64,000 bases of DNA, taken from positions 1,369,129-1,433,128 of the forward strand of contig NW_003314306.1 of the NCBI RefSeq assembly GCF_000143415.4. Direction: 5' to 3'. Each line of letters begins with the position of its first letter. Positions within the stretch are counted from its first letter, which is position 1. A program made the translations under genes and the position numbers. Source of the DNA: Selaginella moellendorffii (lineage: Eukaryota > Plantae > Lycopodiophyta). Shown one piece after another: positions 51,246 through 62,902 of this stretch. The notes beneath the pieces are model-generated. The model was not told the origin of the DNA, made no database searches, and saw only the letters and a program-made list of their open reading frames with translations.

Positions 51246-52382
51246 CTACAAAGTTACGACTGTCGTGAAGAGCGAGCCATCGTCTCTCACAGCCTGCAAG
51301 TGTTCTTCTTTACTCTGGTACGCATTCCACCGGTCTTCGATCCCGTCCATATGTGCCAGTCCCACCACAGCGACGATTTTCCCGTCGCAGCACAGCAATC
51401 TCTTGGTCATGATCTCGTCTCGCTGATCGACTACCGCATCAACCTGATGGGCTTGTCCACGGTCAGCATCGCTAGAGAAAGCAATCGTGTGAAAGGAATC
51501 ACGTACCACTTCCGGGAACTCCAGGCGAAGGTCACGAATCAAGCTCGAAGCAATCTCTCTCGTGTTCATGGACTCGAGAAGACTCAACTTTCGGTTTTGT
51601 ATGGCGTGGAGCATCACCTGGCACTCTTTCATTGTCCAGAGCTTTCTTATGAGCCTGAAAGCAACAGGCATGGTGAGTGCTCGATTCAGTCTCTCCTTAG
51701 TGACCTTCATTTTAATCTATGTAAGAAAACGAGCCCAAAAAAGACGGATATTTACCTTGCTGTTCTCATCGATGAGATGAATCTCAGCACCGAGTTTCAT
51801 AGCTTCAGTGCCTGCTACCTGAAAGGAAATTAAAAAAAAAAAAAACCATGAGAACAGTGAAAAGTTCTAGCTTAAGAATGCATACCACGAACTCTGATGC
51901 TGTTGCTATCCCGGCGTCCCTCACACCTTGATAGTAGAAGTGAAGCACGACGTGCAGTAGCCTCTCTCCAAAAGTTCCAGGACAATCGAGAAACTCTCGA
52001 ATCACTCCACGCCTCGGCTCATCATCTCCTCCATCTGGTTCCAACAAGCAATCCATTCGAGAAGGACATAACTCCACCTGTGTCGCAGCAACAATGTAGC
52101 CTAGCTCGATCGTGAATCACGCACTCACCGCGACGATATTGGGCCTCACCGATCGAATAAGCTAGGAATTTGGAGCAAAATCCCGTGTCAATCGCGTAGC
52201 ATAGAAATCGCGGAGATTACCTGTTGGACTTTATCAGCGCTGCGCTGCGAGATGTGCATCGTGCCTATCAGATGGACCTCCGCGCCATTGGCCGCATTGT
52301 AGAGGCGAGCGACGTTGTCGGCGGCAGCGAAGCTCTCCCGCGAGAATCGGAGCCCTCTCTTCAAGAGCGCCAAGCTCGTCAT
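51246..52382 (-). CDS. TraB/PrgY (TraB-domain) family protein, multi-exon
   Basis: EVHLIGTMHISQRSADKV, ELCPSR, VVDQRDEIMTKRL and KIVAVVGLAHMDGI. The Arg-rich N-terminus suggests organellar targeting. Confidence 0.88.
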
Positions 52383-52472
52383 TTGCTAAATCGATAAACC
52401 CTAAAAGGCATTAGCTTTAAAGTGGGCATCTATTCCGAATGTTCTTGTCTCATTGCTGGAAAAACCTTCCTT

Positions 52473-54030
52473 CTAGAGATATGGAATTGGCGACTGCTGT
52501 TCTTGAGGCGGCGGTGGCATTGGGATCGTCTTCCTCTCCTTGATCGCTTCCAGGACTTTGTTTGCCTCGTCGATGAACGCATCATACCCCTCGATGTTCC
52601 TTATCACGATGTCAATCTGATGGAGAAGAGAAGATCAGTGCCAAAGTTTGAGCAAGTTCTTACCTGTGTGAAACCCTGGCAGCCGTTTTTCAATGCCTTC
52701 AACGCTACTTCAGCTCCCTCCGAGTAAGGATACCTGCGTAGCTCCACATTCACAAAGAGAAAACGAATTAAAAGAGTGATTTTTACCCGTAGATTCGGCA
52801 CGAGAGGGGAGGGAACACGATGTGCTTGATGCCTTCCGTCGCAGCAAGAGCCAACGCCGAGCTGAAGCATCAAACGATGCGAGTGAGGTGGAACTCTCCA
52901 GCTCAAATCAAATAGAAACTTACGCGTAAGTTTTCTCTAAGTCGGCATCCGACTCCCTCCCTTCATACACAGGACCTACGGCATGGATGACTCGCGAAAC
53001 AGGAAGATTGAAAGCTCTGCACAAGAAAACACGAAAGAGAACAATGAGGAAAAAATCTAACTTGCGGCAAATGAAATACTTTGTGCTGACTGCTTGCCCA
53101 ACTTCACACTTAACGCCATGAGGAGCGACGTCTGGAAGCCTTTGGCAGGCAGACAAGAGCCTCGGCCCAGCAACCTTGTGAATAACTAGAAAAAAGAGAG
53201 CAAAGCAGTCAGCTTGAATCCAACATGTTTTCCAAGCAAAGCAGCATACCTCCATCAACAGCAGCTCCAGCATTCACTTTCTTGTTCGCAGGAGCCACCT
53301 GAGAATGCAAAAGAGCAAACCAAAATCATCCACCAAAAGAAGAGGAGGCAACACTTACAATGGCATCAGTAGCACCGTCGACTCGCCATTTGGTAATGTC
53401 TCCAAAGTAGATCGTCATGGAGCACGTATCCGAGAGCTTGAACTGTTCTCGCTGCATGAGCTCCGTCGGTGGAGGCGGAGGATTCAGCCACTCGATCACC
53501 CTCGAGTTCGTCGGCCTCTCGGGGTGGTATGGTCGCGGTGGTGGCTCCGGCTTCGCATAGGGGGACCTGTAAGTCGATTTGATCGGCTTTCCATCTTTAT
53601 CCGTAGGCTCGGGAAGGTCGAGCTCAGGAATTCCCAGAGCCGAGAGACCTTTGTTCTCAGGAACTGGAGGTGGCGGCTCGGCGTTCGTAGACTTTGGTGG
53701 CAGCTTGTCTGGATTGAGAGTCCTCGGTGGTGGCGGCGGTGGTTTAACCGGCGGCGGCGGACCATAGTAAGGCACCGGAGGTGGCGGCGGTGTGTAGTAC
53801 TCCTCCACTGGAAGCTTGTACTCGTTTGGCTGGCCTTGTCTTGGAATTCTAGGAGGAAATGGGTCAGAAGGATAGACGGAACGAATCACTATCCTTGACG
53901 AAGATGGCCTGGTGTGTAGAGGCGGGGACGAAATTCCATGCTTGCTGCTGGCTTCGCCATGGAAGCTGGAAGAGAATGCCGGTAGAGGAGCGGCGAGCCG
54001 GATTGCTCCGACCTGTATGGCTTGCGCCAT
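52473..54030 (-). CDS. Macrodomain (MacroD/Appr-1''-p-like) protein A, with a transit-peptide-like and Pro-rich N-terminus
   Basis: Spliced reading: GDITKWRVDGATDAI/VAPANKKVNAGAAVDG/VIHKVAGP...VIHAVGPVY...FPPLSCRIYG/YPY...IPYL*. Confidence 0.88.
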
Positions 54031-54285
54031 TCCTGGAAGAAAGAGATGTCAAATCCCAGCAAACGAAGAGAGTCACAGAACTAGGGAAAGCAAGAGAAAT
54101 GCGAGCGATAGCGCGGATTCTACACAAAGAACACGATGAATCCCACACAAGAGCTACTTAGAAACCACGCATTGTCACACAGAACTAGGGAAAGCAAGAG
54201 AGACCACGGATTCTACATAAACAACGTGATGAAATTCCACGAAAGAGCTACTGGCGATACTAGAAACCATAATCGCGAGCCATAC

Positions 54286-54480
54286 CTCAAGAACGCACTC
54301 GCTCGCTCCAACCCTGGCGCCAGGGAAGAGCCCTTCCAGGGTTTAAACACCTAGCCGGGAGATCGCGCGCATCGCGACCGTCTAGAGATTATGCCGTAAG
54401 ATATTTTCCAGAGGGATAAGAGATGAGCGGTCACGATTAAAGAACCGCTGATAAACCCTAGAGGAGGCGCTGAGGCGCAG
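54286..54480. promoter_or_regulatory. Compact bidirectional promoter and first non-coding exons of the two macrodomain genes; telo-box AAACCCTA at 54453-54460
   Basis: Candidate 5'-UTR introns at 54285-54033 (-) and 54481-54558 (+) leave about 195 bp for both leader exons and the promoter. Confidence 0.5.
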
Positions 54481-54570
54481 GTAAAGTTTTCGTCGATTCT
54501 TCGTTCGATCAGCGATTTCTAGCTCGAAATTTCTAGGTCTTATCGATCGATCGACCAGGTGGTAGCGCCA

Positions 54571-56085
54571 ATGCAGGGGATTAGCAAGCTCAGGGTCGCG
54601 CCGCTGTCCGGTCTCCGGCTCGGGAGCTCTGGATTCCTTGGAAGCGCGCGCGCATTCCAGACGAGCTCCACGGCGTTGTTTCGGCACGATGCGAGCCCCG
54701 GATTTGGAGCTGGGGTCGTCCGGGCGGCAATGCGGCCGGATGGATTGCCTCACAAGCGCCCACACTTTGATAACTGGCAGAGGTCTCCTCCGGTGAGCAC
54801 TGAGCCCCCAAAGCCGCCAGAGCCTCTCACGGGTGGAGTCAAGTACAAGCTTAGCGACCATTGCACGCTCGTTATGTGGAAGGGAGATATAGTCATCTGG
54901 CACGTCGATGGACAAACTGATGCTATTGTAAGTTCTCTCCAATTTTTTTCCGATTATTTTTTTCTAGCTTTATGATTGTTCTTTATTTTCCTGGTTCTTG
55001 GTTTTTCCTTTGATCCTTAGTTCGTTCTTTGCTATTCGTTTCGTTTTTTCTCTAGCTTTGGCTCTGATGGTTTTTCTTCTTTTTTTCTGGTTTTTGGTTT
55101 TGGTTTCGATCTTTAGTCTATGCTCGAGTGGTTTTTCAATACTTTTGTTAGTTCTTTTCGTTTCTTCTCTAGCTTTGGCTCTCATTAATTTGTTCCTTTT
55201 TTCCTGGTTATGGTTTTTCCTTTTGATCCTATTCTCCTTTAGCGTGGTTTTTCGCATTGTTTTTGTTCTTCTCTGGTTCTTACATGAAATGAAACTTACG
55301 AATTGTGTGCTTAGGTTGCTCCAGCAAACAAGAAAGTGAATGCTGGCCTGGGGATCAATGGAGGTGAGAGAAACCATACACTCTTTTTTCGCGATCTAAA
55401 AACTCGGTTTTGATTTTCGTCCCTGTGTTGCAGCAATTCATAGAGCTGCTGGCCCGAGGCTCGCTGATGCCGGTGCAAAGCTGCCGGATATGGCACCTCA
55501 AGGAGTGAAATGCGTTATCGGGGCAGCGGTCGTCACTAGGTATCGTAGAAACCCGAGCTCTCAACGCTGACTTCCACTTCCCAGGGCTTTCAACCTCAAG
55601 GTTTCTCGAGTCATCCACGCTGTGGCTCCAGTCTATCAGGAGAGAGACGATGCTTCACCCCGGGATCTCAACAGCGCATACAGGTGGGACACGCTTTCTA
55701 GTTTTCCAGCCTTGTAAGTAACACTTTCCTGGTGAAAACAAACAGGAGTGCTTTGGAGCTCGCCAACCGGGAAGGAGTGAAATACATTTGCTTTGCTGCG
55801 ATGTCTTGCGGCCTCTACGGGTATGACTCACTTCCAAACGATCGATTTCACTCACTCGCGAGATGATCAATCAGATATCCTTACGACGAAGCAGCTGAGA
55901 TCGCCTTGACGCAATGCTTGCGGAATCACGGAGACATCCGGGAGGTAAAAAAATGGTTTTCTTTTTCATTTGTTTCTTCGTCAAAAACCATTGTTTTGCT
56001 TGAATCACAGGTCCATTTTGTATTGAAAGAACAGGACTACTACGATACATGGCTCGACGAAGCGAAGCGTATTTTCAAGTGCTGA
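54571..56085 (+). CDS. Macrodomain protein B, divergent paralogue of A
   Basis: Spliced reading: KGDIVIWHVDGQTDAI/VAPANKKVNAGLGING/AIHRAAGP...VIHAVAPVY...FAAMSCGLYG/YPYDEAAEIAL...VHFVL...IFKC*. Intron positions match gene A. Confidence 0.88.
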
Positions 56086-56246
56086 AAGAGCTCTTCGTTC
56101 GTTCTCTTCGTTTTTCTAATAGAAAATTTCGTACCACGAAGCTCATCCTTTCGAAAGGGACATTCCAATGCTTTGCGGATATTCCCGGCATAATTCGTTC
56201 TCTAGGGTTTGTCAAAAGCAGAGCAGAGGAGGGGAGAGCTCCGGGG

Positions 56247-58330
56247 ATGGCTTCCACGGAAGGTCTGGTGCCAATCACCCGGGATTTCCTATCCAGATTC
56301 TACGATCGCTACCCGTTTGAGGCGCTCGCGCCGGGGATCGCCGCGGCGGATTCGCAGCTCCGCGAGGAGAATGAGCGGATGAGCAAGCATTACGCGGAGG
56401 AATCAGGTCAGTCACTTGGAATTGCCCCTGTTCGTTTAGGCGCATCGGCATTCTGGCAGGGAACGATCTCATCCTTGACTTGTCGTTCGATTCGCCTCAC
56501 AAGATCGACGAGAACTTGTGGAAGAACCGGGAGCAAGTGGAGGAGATTTTGTATTTGCTGGAGAAGAGGCACTGGCCTTCCTCTGTAAGTTTTTCCTTTC
56601 TTCTCTGTGGAATTGTATGACTTCTTTGCTTCTTCTTTCCTTTTCTTCCAGCTAAATGGACCACAAATGCCTGACAAGCTTTACAAGCTAGCTCTGGAGC
56701 TACAGAGCTTGCTCAAGTTCATTGAAGACTACCAGTATTTCAGCTCTGAAAAGATCTTCAGCATGAGTACGCTTAGCGTTTTTCTGTGAAGTACTTCATC
56801 TCTTTTTCCATCTTTGTGGACAGTTCTTACGTACATGCCTCAAGATTTTCGAGCGTCTCTAATCAAGCAGCAACGCGACCGCTCCGAGAAGAAGCGGCAA
56901 GCCGAGGTAGAAACGCTCTTAAATGGTGGTGGTAGCATTCAGGAAAAATATAATCTACTGTGGAAACAACAAATGGAAAGGTAGAGGGTGGGGCATTTTC
57001 TACTGCTTTAACCGGACTGTCTGGACACTGTGTAGACGCAAGCAATTGGTGATGCTGGGATCTGCTTCAGGTGTGTACAAGACGCTGATAAGATTTCTCG
57101 TCGGTGTGCCTCAGGTCTGTTTTGTACATTGGTCCGGCCCTTGTGTAAGTATGAGCTAGTCCTTTTTTTCTTGCAGGTCCTTCTGGACTTCGTGCAACAA
57201 ATAAATGATCACAACGGGTAAGACAGCATCGAGTCGTCTCTAAAATCGTGAATCTGTGCTTGTTTTCGTGTGTGAAGCCCCATGGAGGAGCAACGGGAGC
57301 GGTACGGGCCACCACTTTATCAGCTTACTCAACTCGGTTTGCACATACGAATCTTTCTGACTTTGTGGTGGAAGACATTTAATCGTGACACGACGTAAGC
57401 AAGCAAGCAAGCAAGCTAGCAGTTTTTCCTGTTACTGACTTTGGTTTTCTGAGCTTGAATGCAGGGCTCAAGACAGCCGCTTGGACTTGCTGGAGGAGTC
57501 CGTGAAGCTTTATTCGTCGGAACTCAAGCGTTTTCTGACATTTTTGAGGTATGAAGTCTTTGATTCTGTCCAAAAGCTCTCGTGATTTATCAGGGAAGTT
57601 TTCGAGCATTCCCCGTTTCTTATATCGGCGGAAGAAGCAGGAACAAATGGGGGAAAGTAAGCTAGCTGGCTTTGTTTGGATGATCCTGGATAAAATTACT
57701 TTTATGCAGGACCATGGTCAATGATTTTAAGGAAACCGTGATCTCCACAGGGAAAACTCACGAGGTGAGTCAATTTTTCGTGGTCTTCAGGCATCTCACA
57801 GCTCTGTTCTTCCAGGTTCTCTTGCCCGTCGACAGCGAGGGATCATACGTTGCGTGGGAGTTTAAACTGACATCCGGGAAGGTTTGCTCGTCATTCCTGT
57901 TCTCGCGACGGCTTACAAGGCTTGAAATCTCTACAGGACGTTGGCTTTAGCGTCGAATACATTAGCTCGAACGGCGCAAAGATGGTACGTTTGATGGTTT
58001 CACAATACTTTCGTGATAGCTTTCTCCCCCTGCAGCAAATGCTACCATATCAACGATATGATTCGCACCAGGTCCGTGATAAATAACTCGTTCGTTCGAC
58101 AAGTTTGTAAGCTTGGTTCTCGTTCCAGGGAAACTTCTACTCGCCGGGCGTCGGATCTTACAAACTAGTCTGGGACAACTCCTACTCCACATTCTACAGA
58201 AAAGTAAGGCCGCCTAGATCACGCTAGCGTTTCTATTGACGAGCGTGATACACACTTGCAGACCGTGCGGTACAAGGTGGACGCCATCCCTCCCGTCGCG
58301 GACGCGCAGAAGCTCGAAGACCAAAATTGA
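56247..58330 (+). CDS. Conserved plant protein with a C-terminal GOLD domain (At5g01010-like), many short exons
   Basis: Starts MASTEGLVPITRDFLSRFYDRYPF, then PHKIDENLWKNREQVEEI, YVAWEF, DVGFSVEY and YKLVWDNSYSTFYRK/TVRYKVDAIPP. Confidence 0.88.
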
Positions 58331-58789
58331 AAAACGGCATATTCTTCAGATATCTATCTCGGATATTCTACAGAATATTCTTTTGGTGGGTTTAGGGTTA
58401 GTTTAATTTAAATGTGGTACTTTTACAAATCACGGTAAGCTTAATTATTCTATGGGATATTCCTACAGAATAAGTTTTGGTGGGAATTCTTAAGTTTAGT
58501 TTAGTTTAACTGAGTCACGCTTAATGAGACAAGCTTGGAAAGAGAGATTCGCCTTTGTTGGTATATATGGTATGCGCGTCTGCTGTTGAAACTACACGAG
58601 GAATATCGCTTGGGTGGCTGGTGAGCAATCAAACAATTTCTCTCTTGTACCTTTGCGCGGTGGGATCGATTGAGAATCGCTGGCCCCCATGGTGGATGGG
58701 CCCCCGCTGCGCTTTGTTCGTCCACCCTGAATCCAAAGCTCATTAAAAAGCTTTCCCAAAGTAGCGAGGAAAGCTCTCTTTTCTCTCTG

Positions 58790-59528
58790 TAGCGGGACAT
58801 GACAAGGTCGTGGTCACTGGTGTGGCTTTCGTGGGTGGGCGATGGACCATCGCAAACCAACCGGCCGCCTCACGCGCTCTCTCATTGACCGGGCACAGCC
58901 TTTCCTCACGGCTTACAACGGGATCTTCATAAACTCCACTTTTCCGGCGGGGATGAACATCCCCCAGGCGCTCGTGAAGCACAAGGTGGCGGACGAGATC
59001 AGGTTCCGCTCAAGGCCGACGTGCTGAGTAATGGCGGAGTGACCGTCGGTGGGCACTTTCCGGCCCGACATCCAGTCCCAGCTGGTGGCATTCCTCGATC
59101 AGAGCCAGTGCCCCTTCACCATCAACCTCTACCCCTTCCTCAGCCTGCAGCAGGATGCAAACTTCCCCCGAGAGTTCGCCTTCTTCGCCGTGCCACCGAC
59201 AGTCGACGGCGCTCTTTCCTACACCAACGTCTTCGACGCGTCGTATGCGGTGGCGACGGAAATGCGTCGTATGCCTTCAACAGACCAGCTCAAGAGCCAG
59301 GTCGGGAACAGCTGCTACTTCGATGGCCTCGGCAAAGTCACGGACGTGGATCCGGCGCAAGGGGATTGCAAGTTTAAGATTGGGATTGTGACGGCCTCGT
59401 CTCCTCCTGGATTGTCGGCGGCAATGTCATTGTTGGCCGCCTCCTTGGCGTTTCTCTTCTTGCTTTTCTCAGTAGGCTTCCAGGCTGTGATAGCTGGAAC
59501 GTTTCATACCAGTCTTCGCTACTGGTAG
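58790..59528 (+). pseudogene. GH17 beta-1,3-glucanase pseudogene (partial catalytic domain, X8 remnant, GPI-like tail)
   Basis: PFLTAYNG, FRPDI, PFTINLYPFLSL, YTNVFDA, NASYAFN, SCYFDGLG and CKFKIGI. Large deletions and frameshifts. Confidence 0.82.
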
Positions 59529-59564
59529 TCCAATTGGTATGGAACGTTCCAGCTATCACAGCCT
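59482..59564 (+). ncRNA. Candidate miRNA-like hairpin (32-bp stem, 19-nt loop)
   Basis: Arms 59482-59513 and 59533-59564 differ at two positions, both G:U-compatible on the + strand. Confidence 0.4.
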
Positions 59565-59628
59565 CACAACAGCTCGCTGCTCGTGGAGCTGGTGCATGTC
59601 AATATAAAGGTTTGCAAAGTCTTAGGGC

Positions 59629-61444
59629 ATGGAGGAGATGGAGGGGGACGAGTCATTTTTGAACGCGCTGTGGGATTTGCCGCTCACTGCCGAGGAGAAG
59701 GCACGAATCCATTCGGAGTTTGTGGAAATGCCTGTGCATCTGGTAGCTAGGTACTTCATTCCTCCGACTCCACAGGACAAAGCGGCCACACTTCGCTCCT
59801 TCCTGAAACGGTAAGAAACGGCTTCCGAGCAATACATTTGTCACTGGTGCCAAAGATCGTTTTTCAGGTAAAGAACGGTTCCGAGCAATACATATGTCAC
59901 TAGTACCAGTAAAAGACAGAGGGCAATCAGCAGGTATAAACCGGTTTGTGTGCAGCCGGAGACAATGCTAGGCCATGCCAATCCGATTCTAGTTGCCCTT
60001 CTGTGGCTGTACTTGCTAGTCAAAGGAGGTAAAGTGCAGCTCACTCATATACGGACGGCTAGACTTCGGAAGATTAAGGTGGCGGAAGCGACTTACTACC
60101 CTGCTATTCTGTGCTTCTTGGAAGCGGCATCTTTTGGGCAGGAGGGTTTGCACTTTGGAGGAGTTTACCTTGTCTTCATCATCCTTACGATCCTCACTTC
60201 GTTGTCTTCATCATCCAGGAGGCTTTGCACTTTGGAGGAGAGGGAGAGGGAAAGGTAAAGACGTCGGATCTTCACCGTCGGATCTTTGTGTGCACCGAGA
60301 TGAAGGCTCCAACCGAAGTGAAGACCTCAGTCAAGCACGGAAATAACAGTGATCCGACAGGAGTTGAGTCCAATTCACTCTTGATTGGGCAAGAAGCTGA
60401 ATATGTGGAATCAACAGAGGGAGATGAACCTGTGGCTATGGACAGGTTCTGGGTGGTGAAATATTTGTGACAAGACGGAAGTGTGGAGGTGAGTCCTGAG
60501 TTCCCATGACCGCAGAAGTCCAATGAAACCCCGCAGCAGTTGGCCCTGATGAATCCCGCCTTCATACTGATGAAGCTGAGGGATTTGGACGACAGCGAGA
60601 GCAGGCTGGGGAGCGTTAGGCTCTGTGATATCCTTCCTGGCATGCCGTCAGCGGGATTCTCGACGTTGGTTGCATACATGGAGCAGCTGCGGGAGATACA
60701 TGGTCTACGGGTTTCAGTTGTTCGTTTGCATGGAGCACACAACGACGACATCAGCATCTCAGACCTGAACATCGTCGCTTATGGCCGCAAGTCGCTTGTC
60801 ATGCTCAGGAGATCGCGCTCAACAGCGTTGAAGATATGTTTGCCTGCAGATGCTGGCACCGAGAGAGAGATACATTCAGCATCGGATGATCATCCTAATC
60901 TGCGGCAACTACTGAACTGGGGGACTGTGGACGTCGGGAACAGGGAGGGTCTTTTCCAGCTTTTGGAGTTGGACGGATTTGGGAAGCGAAGCATGTAAGT
61001 GATTTAACTTCAACTGGGATGATGTGGAACCAGGCATTCGAAGGTCTGAGGGATCTTCACGGGAAAGGCATCCTGCATCGAGACGTGAAGCCAGACATGG
61101 TGTTTAGAGGGAATGTATTGAAGATCAATGACTACGACGTCACCTGTTTCAAAACTGATCGTCAGGAATTGAGGAGAAAGGTTGGCACTCGCGGCTATCA
61201 CTCGCCATCGAGCTCGATGCAGCCTTACAAAGAGGAGACGACATCCTATCCCTTGCTCTGGCGTTCTATTCTGCAAACCTCGGCATCACAAAGTCTTCAA
61301 GGAAGGGGCGCTTGCAGATCTTACGATGCTGTTTGGATCCGCGCCTTTCCCTGCTTGCATGAGGATGCGCAGTTGAGGATGCTCTGCGGAAACACGGCCT
61401 CGATCAAGAACAGGATGATGAAGACAACGAAGAAGAAGAAATGA
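59629..61444 (+). pseudogene. Divergent protein kinase pseudogene
   Basis: TALKI, DHPNLRQL, LHGKGILHRDVKPD, LKINDYD and KVGTRGY. In-frame stops near 60470, 60510 and 60998, small tandem duplications and an acidic tail. Confidence 0.7.
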
Positions 61445-62798
61445 CGACGAAGACGACGATGACGAGGAGGAAGGTTAAGCAGAGCATCGTCACTAGTTGT
61501 GATTTTTTTTTGTACTTATCTTTCTTATTTTTATTTTAATTTTGTCTTGTTTTTTCTAGTAGAAAGCGGTCTAAATGTGACTATGAAGTTATCATAGCAA
61601 CGGCGGACTCCACCATTTCGATGACTTTGTTAGCAAAGAAGATGGAATGATTGAAGCGAGCAAGCAACCAAAGAAGAATGGGAGTTTCAAGCAAAAAAGG
61701 GAGGACTGACTGATTGAGCTTGGAAAGTTTTCCATGATGTGATCTGAGTCACAGCAAGACCGGGAAGGCACAATTAACGCGAGATCCAGTGTGAATCTCC
61801 CGGCCAGCCAGCCACACGAAAACAACTTAAAGAATGGAATTTGACCGGCAGCACATCAACCAATGCAAATATCCGACCAAACCCACGCGAAGTACCATGG
61901 AAGCTTTTTGACAAGTGACCAGCCACTGTTTCGAGAAGTGATTCCACAATCCACAAGAGATTCTCGGCTTGGATCCGAGAAGGATGGATGGATTTAAAGC
62001 CATGGAGACATTGAGAGAGACTTTCTCTTGCCTTCCAGCACGCCATCCATCCATCCAAAACTTGTCTGACAATGGTGGTCCGGGAGAGACGAATCAAGCA
62101 AAGAAAACCCACAAAATTAAGCAAAAACAGCGCACTAGGAGCGTCATAAACGCAAGCAGGGAAGCAATCGATCGTGACTTCAATGAATAAAATTCAAGCC
62201 ACGGACCCACAAGGACGCAGAAAGAATCCACAGCCTCACAGCCAAATTCAGATGATCCACAGCAAGCAAAGACAATCCATGAGACAAAGAAGAAAAGAAC
62301 ACTCTAAAGAACAGGGAGGGGAATTAGATCGCCCACCTCTTGCCTTGTCTCTCTTAAGTAACCGAAATGATGATGACGATGATTGATGGTGGTCTCCATT
62401 GTTTACTCCAATTTGTCTAATGGTTGCCACGAATTCGATGACACGGGATCTGATCCAAGAAAGAAAGTTGCGTGAAAGAGAAAAAGAAAGGATCGGGATC
62501 ATCAGGCGCAAGAACACGACAAACCAGAGCAATGCACAAAAGGCGAACCTTAAAAGGAAAAAACCGCGATGACTCTCTTTCCACAGACAAACACCACATC
62601 TATAGCTCGTGAAGAGCGCGAGCGAATTTCCCTGAGGATCTTTTCCGAAGACTAAACAACGCACTGAAAAGAGAAAGCTTCCAATGCCATCAATCCGGAG
62701 GAGCCAAATTCCCCTCCCCTGATCTACGCTAGGCGGCGGACCTTCTTTCCTTTCTACCAAAAAAGAAAGACGAAGAAATCCTCTACTCCAGCCTCCAA

Positions 62799-62801
<3 letters not shown>

Positions 62802-62826
<25 letters not shown>
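62802..62826. repeat. (CT)n microsatellite
   Basis: ctctctctctc run downstream of the kelch gene. Confidence 0.9.
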
Positions 62827-62829
<3 letters not shown>

Positions 62830-62902
62830 TGATCAGATACTTCGCTCGATCTAGCAAAGAAGAAGCGAAATTCCACACCTGCATCACCGATCGGAGCTGG
62901 AA

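Noticed and set aside
51003-51833. 276-aa + strand ORF
   Set aside because: Antisense to the TraB gene, with no recognisable motifs.
54970-55377. Lys-rich and hydrophobic ORFs
   Set aside because: They lie in the T-rich repetitive first coding intron of macrodomain gene B.
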